Below are positions 40,709-55,507 of a DNA stretch of 64,000 nt, piece by piece; within the stretch, counting starts at the first letter, position 1; each line of letters starts with the position of its first letter. The position numbers and the translations under genes are program-made. The DNA comes from the human T2T-CHM13v2.0 reference genome, Homo sapiens. The notes under the pieces are model-generated. The model was given only the letters and a program-made list of their open reading frames with translations. It was not told the DNA's origin and ran no database searches. The stretch is taken from assembly GCF_009914755.1 (NCBI RefSeq), contig NC_060932.1, one strand, 5' to 3'.

Positions 40709-43700
40709 GTGGATATTTGGATAGATTTGAGGATTTCGTTGGAAACGGGATTATATATCAAAAGTAGACAGCAGCATTCTCAGAAACTTCTTTGTGATGT
40801 TTGCATCCAGCTCTCAGAGTTGAACATTCCCTTTCATAGAGTAGGTTTGAAACCCTCTTTTTATAGTGTCTGGAAGTGGGCATTTGGAGCGCTTTCAGGC
40901 CTATGCTGAAAAAGGAAATATCTACCTATAGAAACTAGACAGAAGCATTCTGAGAATCACGTTTGTGATGTGGGTACTCAACTAACAGTGTTGATCCATT
41001 CTTTTGATACAGAAGTTTTGAACCACACTTTTTGTAGAATCTGCAAGTGGATATTTGGATAGCTGTGAGGATTTCGTTGGAAACGGGAATGTCTTCATAG
41101 AAAATTTAGACAGAAGCATTCTCAGAACCTTGATTGTGATGTGTGTTCTCCACTAACAGAGTTGAACCTTTCTTTTGACAGAACTGTTCTGAAACATTCT
41201 TTTTATAGAATCTGGAAGTGGATATTTGGAAAGCTTTGAGGATTTCGTTGGAAACGGGAATATCTTCAAATCAAATCTAGCCAGAAGCATTCTAAGAAAC
41301 ATCTTAGGGATGTTTACATTCAAGTCACAGAGTTGAACATTCCCTTTCACAGAGCAGGTTTGAAACAATCTTCTCGTACTATCTGGCAGTGGACATTTTG
41401 AGCTCCTTGGGGCCTATGCTGAAAAAGGAAATATCTTCCGAAAAAAACTAGACAGAAGCATTCGCAGAATCACGTTTGTGATGTGTGCACTCAACTGTCA
41501 GAATTGAACCTTGGTTTGGACAGAGCACTTTTGAAACACTCTTTTTGTAGAATCTGCAGGTGGATATTTGGCTAGCTTTGAGGATTTCGTTGGAAACGGT
41601 AATGTCTTCAAAGAAAATCTAGACAGAAGCATTCTCAGAAACACCTTCGTGATGTTTGCAATCAAGTCACAGAGTTGAACCTTCCGTTTCATAGAGCAGG
41701 TTGGAAACACTCTTTTTGTAGTATCTGGAAGTGGACATTTGGAGGGCTTTGTAGCCTATCTGGAAAAAGGAAATATCTTCCCATGAATGCGAGATAGAAG
41801 TAATCTCAGAAACATGTTTATGCTGTATCTACTCAACTAACTGTGCTGAACATTTCTATTGATAGAGCAGTTTTGAGACACTCTTCTTTTGGAATCTGCA
41901 AGTGGATATTTGGATAGATTTGAGGATTTCGTTGGAAACGGGATTATATATCAAAAGTAGACAGCAGCATTCTCAGAAACTTCTTTGTGATGTTTGCATC
42001 CAGCTCTCAGAGTTGAACATTCCCTTTCATAGAGTAGGTTTGAAACCCTCTTTTTATAGTGTCTGGAAGCGGGCATTTGGAGCGCTTTCAGGCCTATGCT
42101 GAAAAAGGAAATATCTACCTATAGAAACTAGACAGAAGCATTCTGAGAATCACGTTTGTGATGTGGGTACTCAACTAACAGTGTTGATCCATTCTTTTGA
42201 TACAGCAGTTTTGAACCACACTTTTTGTAGAATCTGCAAGTGGATATTTGGATAGCTGTGAGGATTTCGTTGGAAACGGGAATGTCTTCATAGAAAATTT
42301 AGACAGAAGGATTCTCAGAACCTTGATTGTGATGTGTGTTCTCCACTAACAGAGTTGAACCTTTCTTTTGACAGAACTGTTCTGAAACATTCTTTTTATA
42401 GAATCTGGAAGTGGATATTTGGAAAGCTTTGAGGATTTCGTTGGAAACGGGAATATCTTCAAATCAAATCTAGCCAGAAGCATTCTAAGAAACATCTTAG
42501 GGATGTTTACATTCAAGTCACAGAGTTGAACATTCCCTTTCACAGAGCAGGTTTGAAACAATCTTCTCGTACTATCTGGCAGTGGACATTTTGAGCTCCT
42601 TGGGGCCTATGCTGAAAAAGGAAATATCTTCCGACAAAAACTAGACAGAAGCATTCGCAGAATCACGTTTGTGATGTGTGCACTCAACTGTCAGAATTGA
42701 ACCTTGGTTTGGACAGAGCACTTTTGAAACACTCTTTTTGTAGAATCTGCAGGTGGATATTTGGCTAGCTTTGAGGATTTCGTTGGAAACGGTAATGTCT
42801 TCAAAGAAAATCTAGACAGAAGCATTCTCAGAAACACCTTCGTGATGTTTGCAATCAAGTCACAGAGTTGAACCTTCCGTTTCATAGAGCAGGTTGGAAA
42901 CACTCTTTTTGTAGTATCTGGAAGTGGACATTTGGAGGGCTTTGTAGCCTATCTGGAAAAAGGAAATATCTTCCCATGAATGCGAGATAGAAGTAATCTC
43001 AGAAACATGTTTATGCTGTATCTACTCAACTAACTGTGCTGAACATTTCTATTGATAGAGCAGTTTTGAGACACTCTTCTTTTGGAATCTGCAAGTGGAT
43101 ATTTGGATAGATTTGAGGATTTCGTTGGAAACGGGATTATATATCAAAAGTAGACAGCAGCATTCTCAGAAACTTCTTTGTGATGTTTGCATCCAGCTCT
43201 CAGAGTTGAACATTCCCTTTCATAGAGTAGGTTTGAAACCCTCTTTTTATAGTGTCTGGAAGCGGGCATTTGGAGCGCTTTCAGGCCTATGCTGAAAAAG
43301 GAAATATCTACCTATAGAAACTAGACAGAAGCATTCTGAGAATCACGTTTGTGATGTGGGTACTCAACTAACAGTGTTGATCCATTCTTTTGATACAGCA
43401 GTTTTGAACCACACTTTTTGTAGAATCTGCAAGTGGATATTTGGATAGCTGTGAGGATTTCGTTGGAAACGGGAATGTCTTCATAGAAAATTTAGACAGA
43501 AGCATTCTCAGAACCTTGATTGTGATGTGTGTTCTCCACTAACAGAGTTGAACCTTTCTTTTGACAGAACTGTTCTGAAACATTCTTTTTATAGAATCTG
43601 GAAGTGGATATTTGGAAAGCTTTGAGGATTTCGTTGGAAACGGGAATATCTTCAAATCAAATCTAGCCAGAAGCATTCTAAGAAACATCTTAGGGATGTT

Positions 43701-44287
43701 TACATTCAAGTCACAGAGTTGAACATTCCCTTTCACAGAGCAGGTTTGAAACAATCTTCTCGTACTATCTGGCAGTGGACATTTTGAGCTCCTTGGGGCC
43801 TATGCTGAAAAAGGAAATATCTTCCGACAAAAACTAGACAGAAGCATTCGCAGAATCACGTTTGTGATGTGTGCACTCAACTGTCAGAATTGAACCTTGG
43901 TTTGGACAGAGCACTTTTGAAACACTCTTTTTGTAGAATCTGCAGGTGGATATTTGGCTAGCTTTGAGGATTTCGTTGGAAACGGTAATGTCTTCAAAGA
44001 AAATCTAGACAGAAGCATTCTCAGAAACACCTTCGTGATGTTTGCAATCAAGTCACAGAGTTGAACCTTCCGTTTCATAGAGCAGGTTGGAAACACTCTT
44101 TTTGTAGTATCTGGAAGTGGACATTTGGAGGGCTTTGTAGCCTATGTGGAAAAAGGAAATATCTTCCCATGAATGCGAGATAGAAGTAATCTCAGAAACA
44201 TGTTTATGCTGTATCTACTCAACTAACTGTGCTGAACATTTCTATTGATAGAGCAGTTTTGAGACACTCTTCTTTTGGAATCTGCAA
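40709..44287 (+). repeat. Three 7-mer HORs
   Basis: 3 x 1193. Confidence 0.96.
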
Positions 44288-46999
44288 GTGGATATTTGGA
44301 TAGATTTGAGGATTTCGTTGGAAACGGGATTATATATAAAAAGTAGACAGCAGCATTCTCAGAAACTTCTTTGTGATGTTTGCATCCAGCTCTCAGAGTT
44401 GAACATTCCCTTTCATAGAGTAGGTTTGAAACCCTCTTTTTATAGTGTCTCGAAGCGGGCATTTGGAGCGCTTTCAGGCCTATGCTTAAAATAGGAAATA
44501 TCTACCTACAGAAACTAGACAGAAGCATTCTGAGAATCACGTTTGTGATGTGGGTACTCAACTAACAGTGTTGATCCATTCTTTTGATACAGCAGTTTTG
44601 AACCACACTTTTTGTAGAATCTGCAAGAGGATATTTGGATAGCTGTGAGGATTTCGTTGGAAACGGGAATGTCTTTAAAGAAAATCTAGACAGAAGCATT
44701 CTCAGAAACACCTTCGTGATGTTTGCAATCAAGTCACAGAGTTGAACCTTCCGTTTCATAGAGCAGGTTGGAAACACTCTTTTTGTAGTATCTGGAAGTG
44801 GACATTTGGAGCGCTTTCAGGCCTATGGTGAAAAAGGAAATATCTTCCCATAAAAACGACATAGAAGCTATCTCAGGAACTTGTTTATGATGCATCTAAT
44901 CAACTAACAGTGTTGAACCTTTGTACTGACAGAGCAGTTTGAAACACTCTTTTTTTGGAATCTGCAAGTGGATATTTGGATCGCTTTGAGGATTTCGTTG
45001 GAAACGGGATGCAATATAAAACGTACACAGCAGCATACTCAGAAAATACTTTGCCATATTTCCATTCAAGTCACAGAGTGGAACATTCCCATTCATAGAG
45101 CAGGTTGGAAACACTCTTTTTGGAGTATCTGGAAGTGGACATTTGGAGCGCTTTCTGAACTATGGTGAAAAAGGAAATATCTTCCAATGAAAACAAGACA
45201 GAAGCATTCTGAGAAACTTATTTGTGATGTGTGTCCTCAACAAACGGACTTGAACCTTTCGTTTCATGCAGTACTTCTGGAACACTCTTTTTGAAGATTC
45301 TGCATGTGGATATTTGGATAGCTTTGAGGATTTCGTTGGAAACGGGCTTACATGTAAAAATTAGACAGCAGCATTCTCAGAAACTTCTTTGTGGTGTCTG
45401 CATTCAAGTCACAGAATTGAACATCCCCTCACATAGAGCAGTTGTGCAGCACTCTATTTGTAGTATCTGGAAGTGGACATTTGGAGGGCTTTGTAGCCTA
45501 TCTGGAAAAAGGAAATATCTTCCCATGAATGCGAGATAGAAGTAATCTCAGAAACATGTTTATGCTGTATCTACTCAACTAACTGTGCTGAACATTTCTA
45601 TTGATAGAGCAGTTTTGAGACACTCTTCTTTTGGAATCTGCAAGTGGATATTTGGATAGATTTGAGGATTTCGTTGGAAACGGGATTATATATAAAAAGT
45701 AGACAGCAGCATTCTCAGAAACTTCTTTGTGATGTTTGCATCCAGCTCTCAGAGTTGAACATTCCCTTTCATAGAGTAGGTTTGAAACCCTCTTTTTATA
45801 GTGTCTCGAAGCGGGCATTTGGAGCGCTTTCAGGCCTATGCTTAAAATAGGAAATATCTACCTACAGAAACTAGACAGAAGCATTCTGAGAATCACGTTT
45901 GTGATGTGGGTACTCAACTAACAGTGTTGATCCATTCTTTTGATACAGCAGTTTTGAACCACACTTTTTGTAGAATCTGCAAGAGGATATTTGGATAGCT
46001 GTGAGGATTTCGTTGGAAACGGGAATGTCTTCAAAGAAAATCTAGACAGAAGCATTCTCAGAAACACCTTCGTGATGTTTGCAATCAAGTCACAGAGTTG
46101 AACCTTCCGTTTCATAGAGCAGGTTGGAAACACTCTTTTTGTAGTATCTGGAAGTGGACATTTGGAGCGCTTTCAGGCCTATGGTGAAAAAGGAAATATC
46201 TTCCCATAAAAACGACATAGAAGCTATCTCAGGAACTTGTTTATGATGCATCTAATCAACTAACAGTGTTGAACCTTTGTACTGACAGAGCAGTTTGAAA
46301 CACTCTTTTTTTGGAATCTGCAAGTGGATATTTGGATCGCTTTGAGGATTTCGTTGGAAACGGGATGCAATATAAAACGTACACAGCAGCATACTCAGAA
46401 AATACTTTGCCATATTTCCATTCAAGTCACAGAGTGGAACATTCCCATTCATAGAGCAGGTTTGAAACACTCTTTTTGGAGTATCTGGAAGTGGACATTT
46501 GGAGCGCTTTCTGAACTATGGTGAAAAAGGAAATATCTTCCAATGAAAACAAGACAGAAGCATTCTGAGAAACTTATTTGTGATGTGTGTCCTCAACAAA
46601 CGGACTTGAACCTTTCGTTTCATGCAGTACTTCTGGAACACTCTTTTTGAAGATTCTGCATGTGGATATTTGGATAGCTTTGAGGATTTCGTTGGAAACG
46701 GGCTTACATGTAAAAATTAGACAGCAGCATTCTCAGAAACTTCTTTGTGGTGTCTGCATTCAAGTCACAGAATTGAACATCCCCTCACATAGAGCAGTTG
46801 TGCAGCACTCTATTTGTAGTATCTGGAAGTGGACATTTGGAGGGCTTTGTAGCCTATCTGGAAAAAGGAAATATCTTCCCATGAATGCGAGATAGAAGTA
46901 ATCTCAGAAACATGTTTATGCTGTATCTACTCAACTAACTGTGCTGAACATTTCTATTGATAGAGCAGTTTTGAGACACTCTTCTTTTGGAATCTGCAA
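44288..46999 (+). repeat. Two 8-mer HORs (2 x 1356 bp)
   Basis: Marker at 44288, 45644, 47000. Confidence 0.96.
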
Positions 47000-49900
47000 G
47001 TGGATATTTGGATAGATTTGAGGATTTCGTTGGAAACGGGATTATATATCAAAAGTAGACAGCAGCATTCTCAGAAACTTCTTTGTGATGTTTGCATCCA
47101 GCTCTCAGAGTTGAACATTCCCTTTCATAGAGTAGGTTTGAAACCCTCTTTTTATAGTGTCTGGAAGTGGGCATTTGGAGCGCTTTCAGGCCTATGCTGA
47201 AAAAGGAAATATCTACCTATAGAAACTAGACAGAAGCATTCTGAGAATCACGTTTGTGATGTGGGTACTCAACTAACAGTGTTGATCCATTCTTTTGATA
47301 CAGCAGTTTTGAACCACACTTTTTGTAGAATCTGCAAGTGGATGTTTGGATAGCTGTGAGGATTTCGTTGGAAACGGGAATGTCTTCATAGAAAATTTAG
47401 ACAGAAGCATTCTCAGAACCTTGATTGTGATGTGTGTTCTCCACTAACAGAGTTGAACCTTTCTTTTGACAGAACTGTTCTGAAACATTCTTTTTATAGA
47501 ATCTGGAAGTGGATATTTGGAAAGCTTTGAGGATTTCGTTGGAAACGGGAATATCTTCAAATCAAATCTAGCCAGAAGCATTCTAAGAAACATCTTAGGG
47601 ATGTTTACATTCAAGTCACAGAGTTGAACATTCCCTTTCACAGAGCAGGTTTGAAACAATCTTCTCGTACTATCTGGCAGTGGACATTTTGAGCTCCTTG
47701 GGGCCTATGCTGAAAAAGGAAATATCTTCCGACAAAAACTAGACAGAAGCATTCGCAGAATCACGTTTGTGATGTGTGCACTCAACTGTCAGAATTGAAC
47801 CTTGGTTTGGACAGAGCACTTTTGAAACACTCTTTTTGTAGAATCTGCAGGTGGATATTTGGCTAGCTTTGAGGATTTCGTTGGAAACGGTAATGTCTTC
47901 AAAGAAAATCTAGACAGAAGCATTCTCAGAAACACCTTCGTGATGTTTGCAATCAAGTCACAGAGTTGAACCTTCCGTTTCATAGAGCAGGTTGGAAACA
48001 CTCTTTTTGTAGTATCTGGAAGTGGACATTTGGAGGGCTTTGTAGCCTATCTGGAAAAAGGAAATATCTTCCCATGAATGCGAGATAGAAGTAATCTCAG
48101 AAACATGTTTATGCTGTATCTACTCAACTAACTGTGCTGAACATTTCTATTGATAGAGCAGTTTTGAGACACTCTTCTTTTGGAATCTGCAAGTGGATAT
48201 TTGGATAGATTTGAGGATTTCGTTGGAAACGGGATTATATATCAAAAGTAGACAGCAGCATTCTCAGAAACTTCTTTGTGATGTTTGCATCCAGCTCTCA
48301 GAGTTGAACATTCCCTTTCATAGAATAGGTTTGAAACCCTCTTTTTATAGTGTCTGGAAGCGGGCATTTGGAGCGCTTTCAGGCCTATGCTGAAAAAGGA
48401 AATATCTACCTATAGAAACTAGACAGAAGCATTCTGAGAATCACGTTTGTGATGTGGGTACTCAACTAACAGTGTTGATCCATTCTTTTGATACAGCAGT
48501 TTTGAACCACACTTTTTGTAGAATCTGCAAGTGGATATTTGGATAGCTGTGAGGATTTCGTTGGAAACGGGAATGTCTTCATAGAAAATTTAGACAGAAG
48601 CATTCTCAGAACCTTGATTGTGATGTGTGTTCTCCACTAACAGAGTTGAACCTTTCTTTTGACAGAACTGTTCTGAAACATTCTTTTTATAGAATCTGGA
48701 AGTGGATATTTGGAAAGCTTTGAGGATTTCGTTGGAAACGGGAATATCTTCAAATCAAATCTAGCCAGAAGCATTCTAAGAAACATCTTAGGGATGTTTA
48801 CATTCAAGTCACAGAGTTGAACATTCCCTTTCACAGAGCAGGTTTGAAACAATCTTCTCGTACTATCTGGCAGTGGACATTTTGAGCTCCTTGGGGCCTA
48901 TGCTGAAAAAGGAAATATCTTCCGACAAAAACTAGACAGAAGCATTCGCAGAATCACGTTTGTGATGTGTGCACTCAACTGTCAGAATTGAACCTTGGTT
49001 TGGACAGAGCACTTTTGAAACACTCTTTTTGTAGAATCTGCAGGTGGATATTTGGCTAGCTTTGAGGATTTCGTTGGAAACGGTAATGTCTTCAAAGAAA
49101 ATCTAGACAGAAGCATTCTCAGAAACACCTTCGTGATGTTTGCAATCAAGTCACAGAGTTGAACCTTCCGTTTCATAGAGCAGGTTGGAAACACTCTTTT
49201 TGTAGTATCTGGAAGTGGACATTTGGAGGGCTTTGTAGCCTATCTGGAAAAAGGAAATATCTTCCCATGAATGCGAGATAGAAGTAATCTCAGAAACATG
49301 TTTATGCTGTATCTACTCAACTAACTGTGCTGAACATTTCTATTGATAGAGCAGTTTTGAGACACTCTTCTTTTGGAATCTGCAAGTGGATATTTGGATA
49401 GATTTGAGGATTTCGTTGGAAACGGGATTATATATAAAAAGTAGACAGCAGCATTCTCAGAAACTTCTTTGTGATGTTTGCATCCAGCTCTCAGAGTTGA
49501 ACATTCCCTTTCATAGAGTAGGTTTGAAACCCTCTTTTTATAGTGTCTGGAAGCGGGCATTTGGAGCGCTTTCAGGCCTATGCTGAAAAAGGAAATATCT
49601 ACCTATAGAAACTAGACAGAAGCATTCTGAGAATCACGTTTGTGATGTGGGTACTCAACTAACAGTGTTGATCCATTCTTTTGATACAGCAGTTTTGAAC
49701 CACACTTTTTGTAGAATCTGCAAGTGGATATTTGGATAGCTGTGAGGATTTCGTTGGAAACGGGAATGTCTTCATAGAAAATTTAGACAGAAGCATTCTC
49801 AGAACCTTGATTGTGATGTGTGTTCTCCACTAACAGAGTTGAACCTTTCTTTTGACAGAACTGTTCTGAAACATTCTTTTTATAGAATCTGGAAGTGGAT

Positions 49901-50578
49901 ATTTGGAAAGCTTTGAGGATTTCGTTGGAAACGGGAATATCTTCAAATCAAATCTAGCCAGAAGCATTCTAAGAAACATCTTAGGGATGTTTACATTCAA
50001 GTCACAGAGTTGAACATTCCCTTTCACAGAGCAGGTTTGAAACAATCTTCTCGTACTATCTGGCAGTGGACATTTTGAGCTCCTTGGGGCCTATGCTGAA
50101 AAAGGAAATATCTTCCGACAAAAACTAGACAGAAGCATTCGCAGAATCACGTTTGTGATGTGTGCACTCAACTGTCAGAATTGAACCTTGGTTTGGACAG
50201 AGCACTTTTGAAACACTCTTTTTGTAGAATCTGCAGGTGGATATTTGGCTAGCTTTGAGGATTTCGTTGGAAACGGTAATGTCTTCAAAGAAAATCTAGA
50301 CAGAAGCATTCTCAGAAACACCTTCGTGATGTTTGCAATCAAGTCACAGAGTTGAACCTTCCGTTTCATAGAGCAGGTTGGAAACACTCTTTTTGTAGTA
50401 TCTGGAAGTGGACATTTGGAGGGCTTTGTAGCCTATCTGGAAAAAGGAAATATCTTCCCATGAATGCGAGATAGAAGTAATCTCAGAAACATGTTTATGC
50501 TGTATCTACTCAACTAACTGTGCTGAACATTTCTATTGATAGAGCAGTTTTGAGACACTCTTCTTTTGGAATCTGCAA
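47000..50578 (+). repeat. Three 7-mer HORs
   Basis: 3 x 1193. Confidence 0.96.
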
Positions 50579-52446
50579 GTGGATATTTGGATAGATTTGA
50601 GGATTTCGTTGGAAACGGGATTATATATCAAAAGTAGACAGCAGCATTCTCAGAAACTTCTTTGTGATGTTTGCATCCAGCTCTCAGAGTTGAACATTCC
50701 CTTTCATAGAGTAGGTTTGAAACCCTCTTTTTATAGTGTCTGGAAGCGGGCATTTGGAGCGCTTTCAGGCCTATGCTGAAAAAGGAAATATCTACCTATA
50801 GAAACTAGACAGAAGCATTCTGAGAATCACGTTTGTGATGTGGGTACTCAACTAACAGTGTTGATCCATTCTTTTGATACAGCAGTTTTGAACCACACTT
50901 TTTGTAGAATCTGCAAGTGGATATTTGGATAGCTGTGAGGATTTCGTTGGAAACGGGAATGTCTTCATAGAAAATTTAGACAGAAGCATTCTCAGAACCT
51001 TGATTGTGATGTGTGTTCTCCACTAACAGAGTTGAACCTTTCTTTTGACAGAACTGTTCTGAAACATTCTTTTTATAGAATCTGGAAGTGGATATTTGGA
51101 AAGCTTTGAGGATTTCGTTGGAAACGGGAATATCTTCAAATCAAATCTAGCCAGAAGCATTCTAAGAAACATCTTAGGGATGTTTACATTCAAGTCACAG
51201 AGTTGAACATTCCCTTTCACAGAGCAGGTTTGAAACAATCTTCTCGTACTATCTGGCAGTGGACATTTTGAGCTCCTTGGGGCCTATGCTGAAAAAGGAA
51301 ATATCTTCCGACAAAAACTAGACAGAAGCATTCGCAGAATCACGTTTGTGATGTGTGCACTCAACTGTCAGAATTGAACCTTGGTTTGGACAGAGCACTT
51401 TTGAAACACTCTTTTTGTAGAATCTGCAGGTGGATATTTGGATAGCTGTGAGGATTTCGTTGGAAACGGTAATGTCTTCAAAGAAAATCTAGACAGAAGC
51501 ATTCTCAGAAACACCTTCGTGATGTTTGCAATCAAGTCACAGAGTTGAACCTTCCGTTTCATAGAGCAGGTTGGAAACACTCTTTTTGTAGTATCTGGAA
51601 GTGGACATTTGGAGCGCTTTCAGGCCTATGGTGAAAAAGGAAATATCTTCCCATAAAAACGACATAGAAGCTATCTCAGGAACTTGTTTATGATGCATCT
51701 AATCAACTAACAGTGTTGAACCTTTGTACTGACAGAGCAGTTTGAAACACTCTTTTTTTGGAATCTGCAAGTGGATATTTGGATCGCTTTGAGGATTTCG
51801 TTGGAAACGGGATGCAATATAAAACGAACACAGCAGCATACTCAGAAAATACTTTGCCATATTTCCATTCAAGTCACAGAGTGGAACATTCCCATTCATA
51901 GAGCAGGTTTGAAACACTCTTTTTGGAGTATCTGGAAGTGGACATTTGGAGCGCTTTCTGAACTATGGTGAAAAAGGAAATATCTTCCAATGAAAACAAG
52001 ACAGAAGCATTCTGAGAAACTTATTTGTGATGTGTGTCCTCAACAAACGGACTTGAACCTTTCGTTTCATGCAGTACTTCTGGAACACTCTTTTTGAAGA
52101 TTCTGCATGCGGATATTTGGATAGCTTTGAGGATCTCGTTGGAAACGGGCTTACATGTAAAAATTAGACAGCAGCATTCTCAGAAACTTCTTTGTGGTGT
52201 CTGCATTCAAGTCACAGAATTGAACATCCCCTCACATAGAGCAGTTGTGCAGCACTCTATTTGTAGTATCTGGAAGTGGACATTTGGAGGGCTTTGTAGC
52301 CTATCTGGAAAAAGGAAATATCTTCCCATGAATGCGAGATAGAAGTAATCTCAGAAACATGTTTATGCTGTATCTACTCAACTAACTGTGCTGAACATTT
52401 CTATTGATAGAGCAGTTTTGAGACACTCTTCTTTTGGAATCTGCAA
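50579..52446 (+). repeat. 11-mer HOR
   Basis: Period 1868. Confidence 0.96.
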
Positions 52447-53639
52447 GTGGATATTTGGATAGATTTGAGGATTTCGTTGGAAACGGGATTATATATAAAA
52501 AGTAGACAGCAGCATTCTCAGAAACTTCTTTGTGATGTTTGCATCCAGCTCTCAGAGTTGAACATTCCCTTTCATAGAGTAGGTTTGAAACCCTCTTTTT
52601 ATAGTGTCTGGAAGTGGGCATTTGGAGCGCTTTCAGGCCTATGCTGAAAAAGGAAATATCTACCTATAGAAACTAGACAGAAGCATTCTGAGAATCACGT
52701 TTGTGATGTGGGTACTCAACTAACAGTGTTGATCCATTCTTTTGATACAGCAGTTTTGAACCACACTTTTTGTAGAATCTGCAAGTGGATATTTGGATAG
52801 CTGTGAGGATTTCGTTGGAAACGGGAATGTCTTCATAGAAAATTTAGACAGAAGCATTCTCAGAACCTTGATTGTGATGTGTGTTCTCCACTAACAGAGT
52901 TGAACCTTTCTTTTGACAGAACTGTTCTGAAACATTCTTTTTATAGAATCTGGAAGTGGATATTTGGAAAGCTTTGAGGATTTCGTTGGAAACGGGAATA
53001 TCTTCAAATCAAATCTAGCCAGAAGCATTCTAAGAAACATCTTAGGGATGTTTACATTCAAGTCACAGAGTTGAACATTCCCTTTCACAGAGCAGGTTTG
53101 AAACAATCTTCTCGTACTATCTGGCAGTGGACATTTTGAGCTCCTTGGGGCCTATGCTGAAAAAGGAAATATCTTCCGAAAAAAACTAGACAGAAGCATT
53201 CGCAGAATCACGTTTGTGATGTGTGCACTCAACTGTCAGAATTGAACCTTGGTTTGGACAGAGCACTTTTGAAACACTCTTTTTGTAGAATCTGCAGGTG
53301 GATATTTGGCTAGCTTTGAGGATTTCGTTGGAAACGGTAATGTCTTCAAAGAAAATCTAGACAGAAGCATTCTCAGAAACACCTTCGTGATGTTTGCAAT
53401 CAAGTCACAGAGTTGAACCTTCCGTTTCATAGAGCAGGTTGGAAACACTCTTTTTGTAGTATCTGGAAGTGGACATTTGGAGGGCTTTGTAGCCTATCTG
53501 GAAAAAGGAAATATCTTCCCATGAATGCGAGATAGAAGTAATCTCAGAAACATGTTTATGCTGTATCTACTCAACTAACTGTGCTGAACATTTCTATTGA
53601 TAGAGCAGTTTTGAGACACTCTTCTTTTGGAATCTGCAA
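52447..53639 (+). repeat. 7-mer HOR
   Basis: Period 1193. Confidence 0.96.
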
Positions 53640-55507
53640 GTGGATATTTGGATAGATTTGAGGATTTCGTTGGAAACGGGATTATATATCAAAAGTAGAC
53701 AGCAGCATTCTCAGAAACTTCTTTGTGATGTTTGCATCCAGCTCTCAGAGTTGAACATTCCCTTTCATAGAGTAGGTTTGAAACCCTCTTTTTATAGTGT
53801 CTGGAAGCGGGCATTTGGAGCGCTTTCAGGCCTATGCTGAAAAAGGAAATATCTACCTATAGAAACTAGACAGAAGCATTCTGAGAATCACGTTTGTGAT
53901 GGGGGTACTCAACTAACAGTGTTGATCCATTCTTTTGATACAGCAGTTTTGAACCACACTTTTTGTAGAATCTGCAAGTGGATATTTGGATAGCTGTGAG
54001 GATTTCGTTGGAAACGGGAATGTCTTCATAGAAAATTTAGACAGAAGCATTCTCAGAACCTTGATTGTGATGTGTGTTCTCCACTAACAGAGTTGAACCT
54101 TTCTTTTGACAGAACTGTTCTGAAACATTCTTTTTATAGAATCTGGAAGTGGATATTTGGAAAGCTTTGAGGATTTCGTTGGAAACGGGAATATCTTCAA
54201 ATCAAATCTAGCCAGAAGCATTCTAAGAAACATCTTAGGGATGTTTACATTCAAGTCACAGAGTTGAACATTCCCTTTCACAGAGCAGGTTTGAAACAAT
54301 CTTCTCGTACTATCTGGCAGTGGACATTTTGAGCTCCTTGGGGCCTATGCTGAAAAAGGAAATATCTTCCGACAAAAACTAGACAGAAGCATTCGCAGAA
54401 TCACGTTTGTGATGTGTGCACTCAACTGTCAGAATTGAACCTTGGTTTGGACAGAGCACTTTTGAAACACTCTTTTTGTAGAATCTGCAGGTGGATATTT
54501 GGATAGCTGTGAGGATTTCGTTGGAAACGGTAATGTCTTCAAAGAAAATCTAGACAGAAGCATTCTCAGAAACACCTTCGTGATGTTTGCAATCAAGTCA
54601 CAGAGTTGAACCTTCCGTTTCATAGAGCAGGTTGGAAACACTCTTTTTGTAGTATCTGGAAGTGGACATTTGGAGCGCTTTCAGGCCTATGGTGAAAAAG
54701 GAAATATCTTCCCATAAAAACGACATAGAAGCTATCTCAGGAACTTGTTTATGATGCATCTAATCAACTAACAGTGTTGAACCTTTGTACTGACAGAGCA
54801 GTTTGAAACACTCTTTTTTTGGAATCTGCAAGTGGATATTTGGATCGCTTTGAGGATTTCGTTGGAAACGGGATGCAATATAAAACGTACACAGCAGCAT
54901 ACTCAGAAAATACTTTGCCATATTTCCATTCAAGTCACAGAGTGGAACATTCCCATTCATAGAGCAGGTTTGAAACACTCTTTTTGGAGTATCTGGAAGT
55001 GGACATTTGGAGCGCTTTCTGAACTATGGTGAAAAAGGAAATATCTTCCAATGAAAACAAGACAGAAGCATTCTGAGAAACTTATTTGTGATGTGTGTCC
55101 TCAACAAACGGACTTGAACCTTTCGTTTCATGCAGTACTTCTGGAACACTCTTTTTGAAGATTCTGCATGCGGATATTTGGATAGCTTTGAGGATCTCGT
55201 TGGAAACGGGCTTACATGTAAAAATTAGACAGCAGCATTCTCAGAAACTTCTTTGTGGTGTCTGCATTCAAGTCACAGAATTGAACATCCCCTCACATAG
55301 AGCAGTTGTGCAGCACTCTATTTGTAGTATCTGGAAGTGGACATTTGGAGGGCTTTGTAGCCTATCTGGAAAAAGGAAATATCTTCCCATGAATGCGAGA
55401 TAGAAGTAATCTCAGAAACATGTTTATGCTGTATCTACTCAACTAACTGTGCTGAACATTTCTATTGATAGAGCAGTTTTGAGACACTCTTCTTTTGGAA
55501 TCTGCAA
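53640..55507 (+). repeat. 11-mer HOR
   Basis: Period 1868. Confidence 0.96.
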
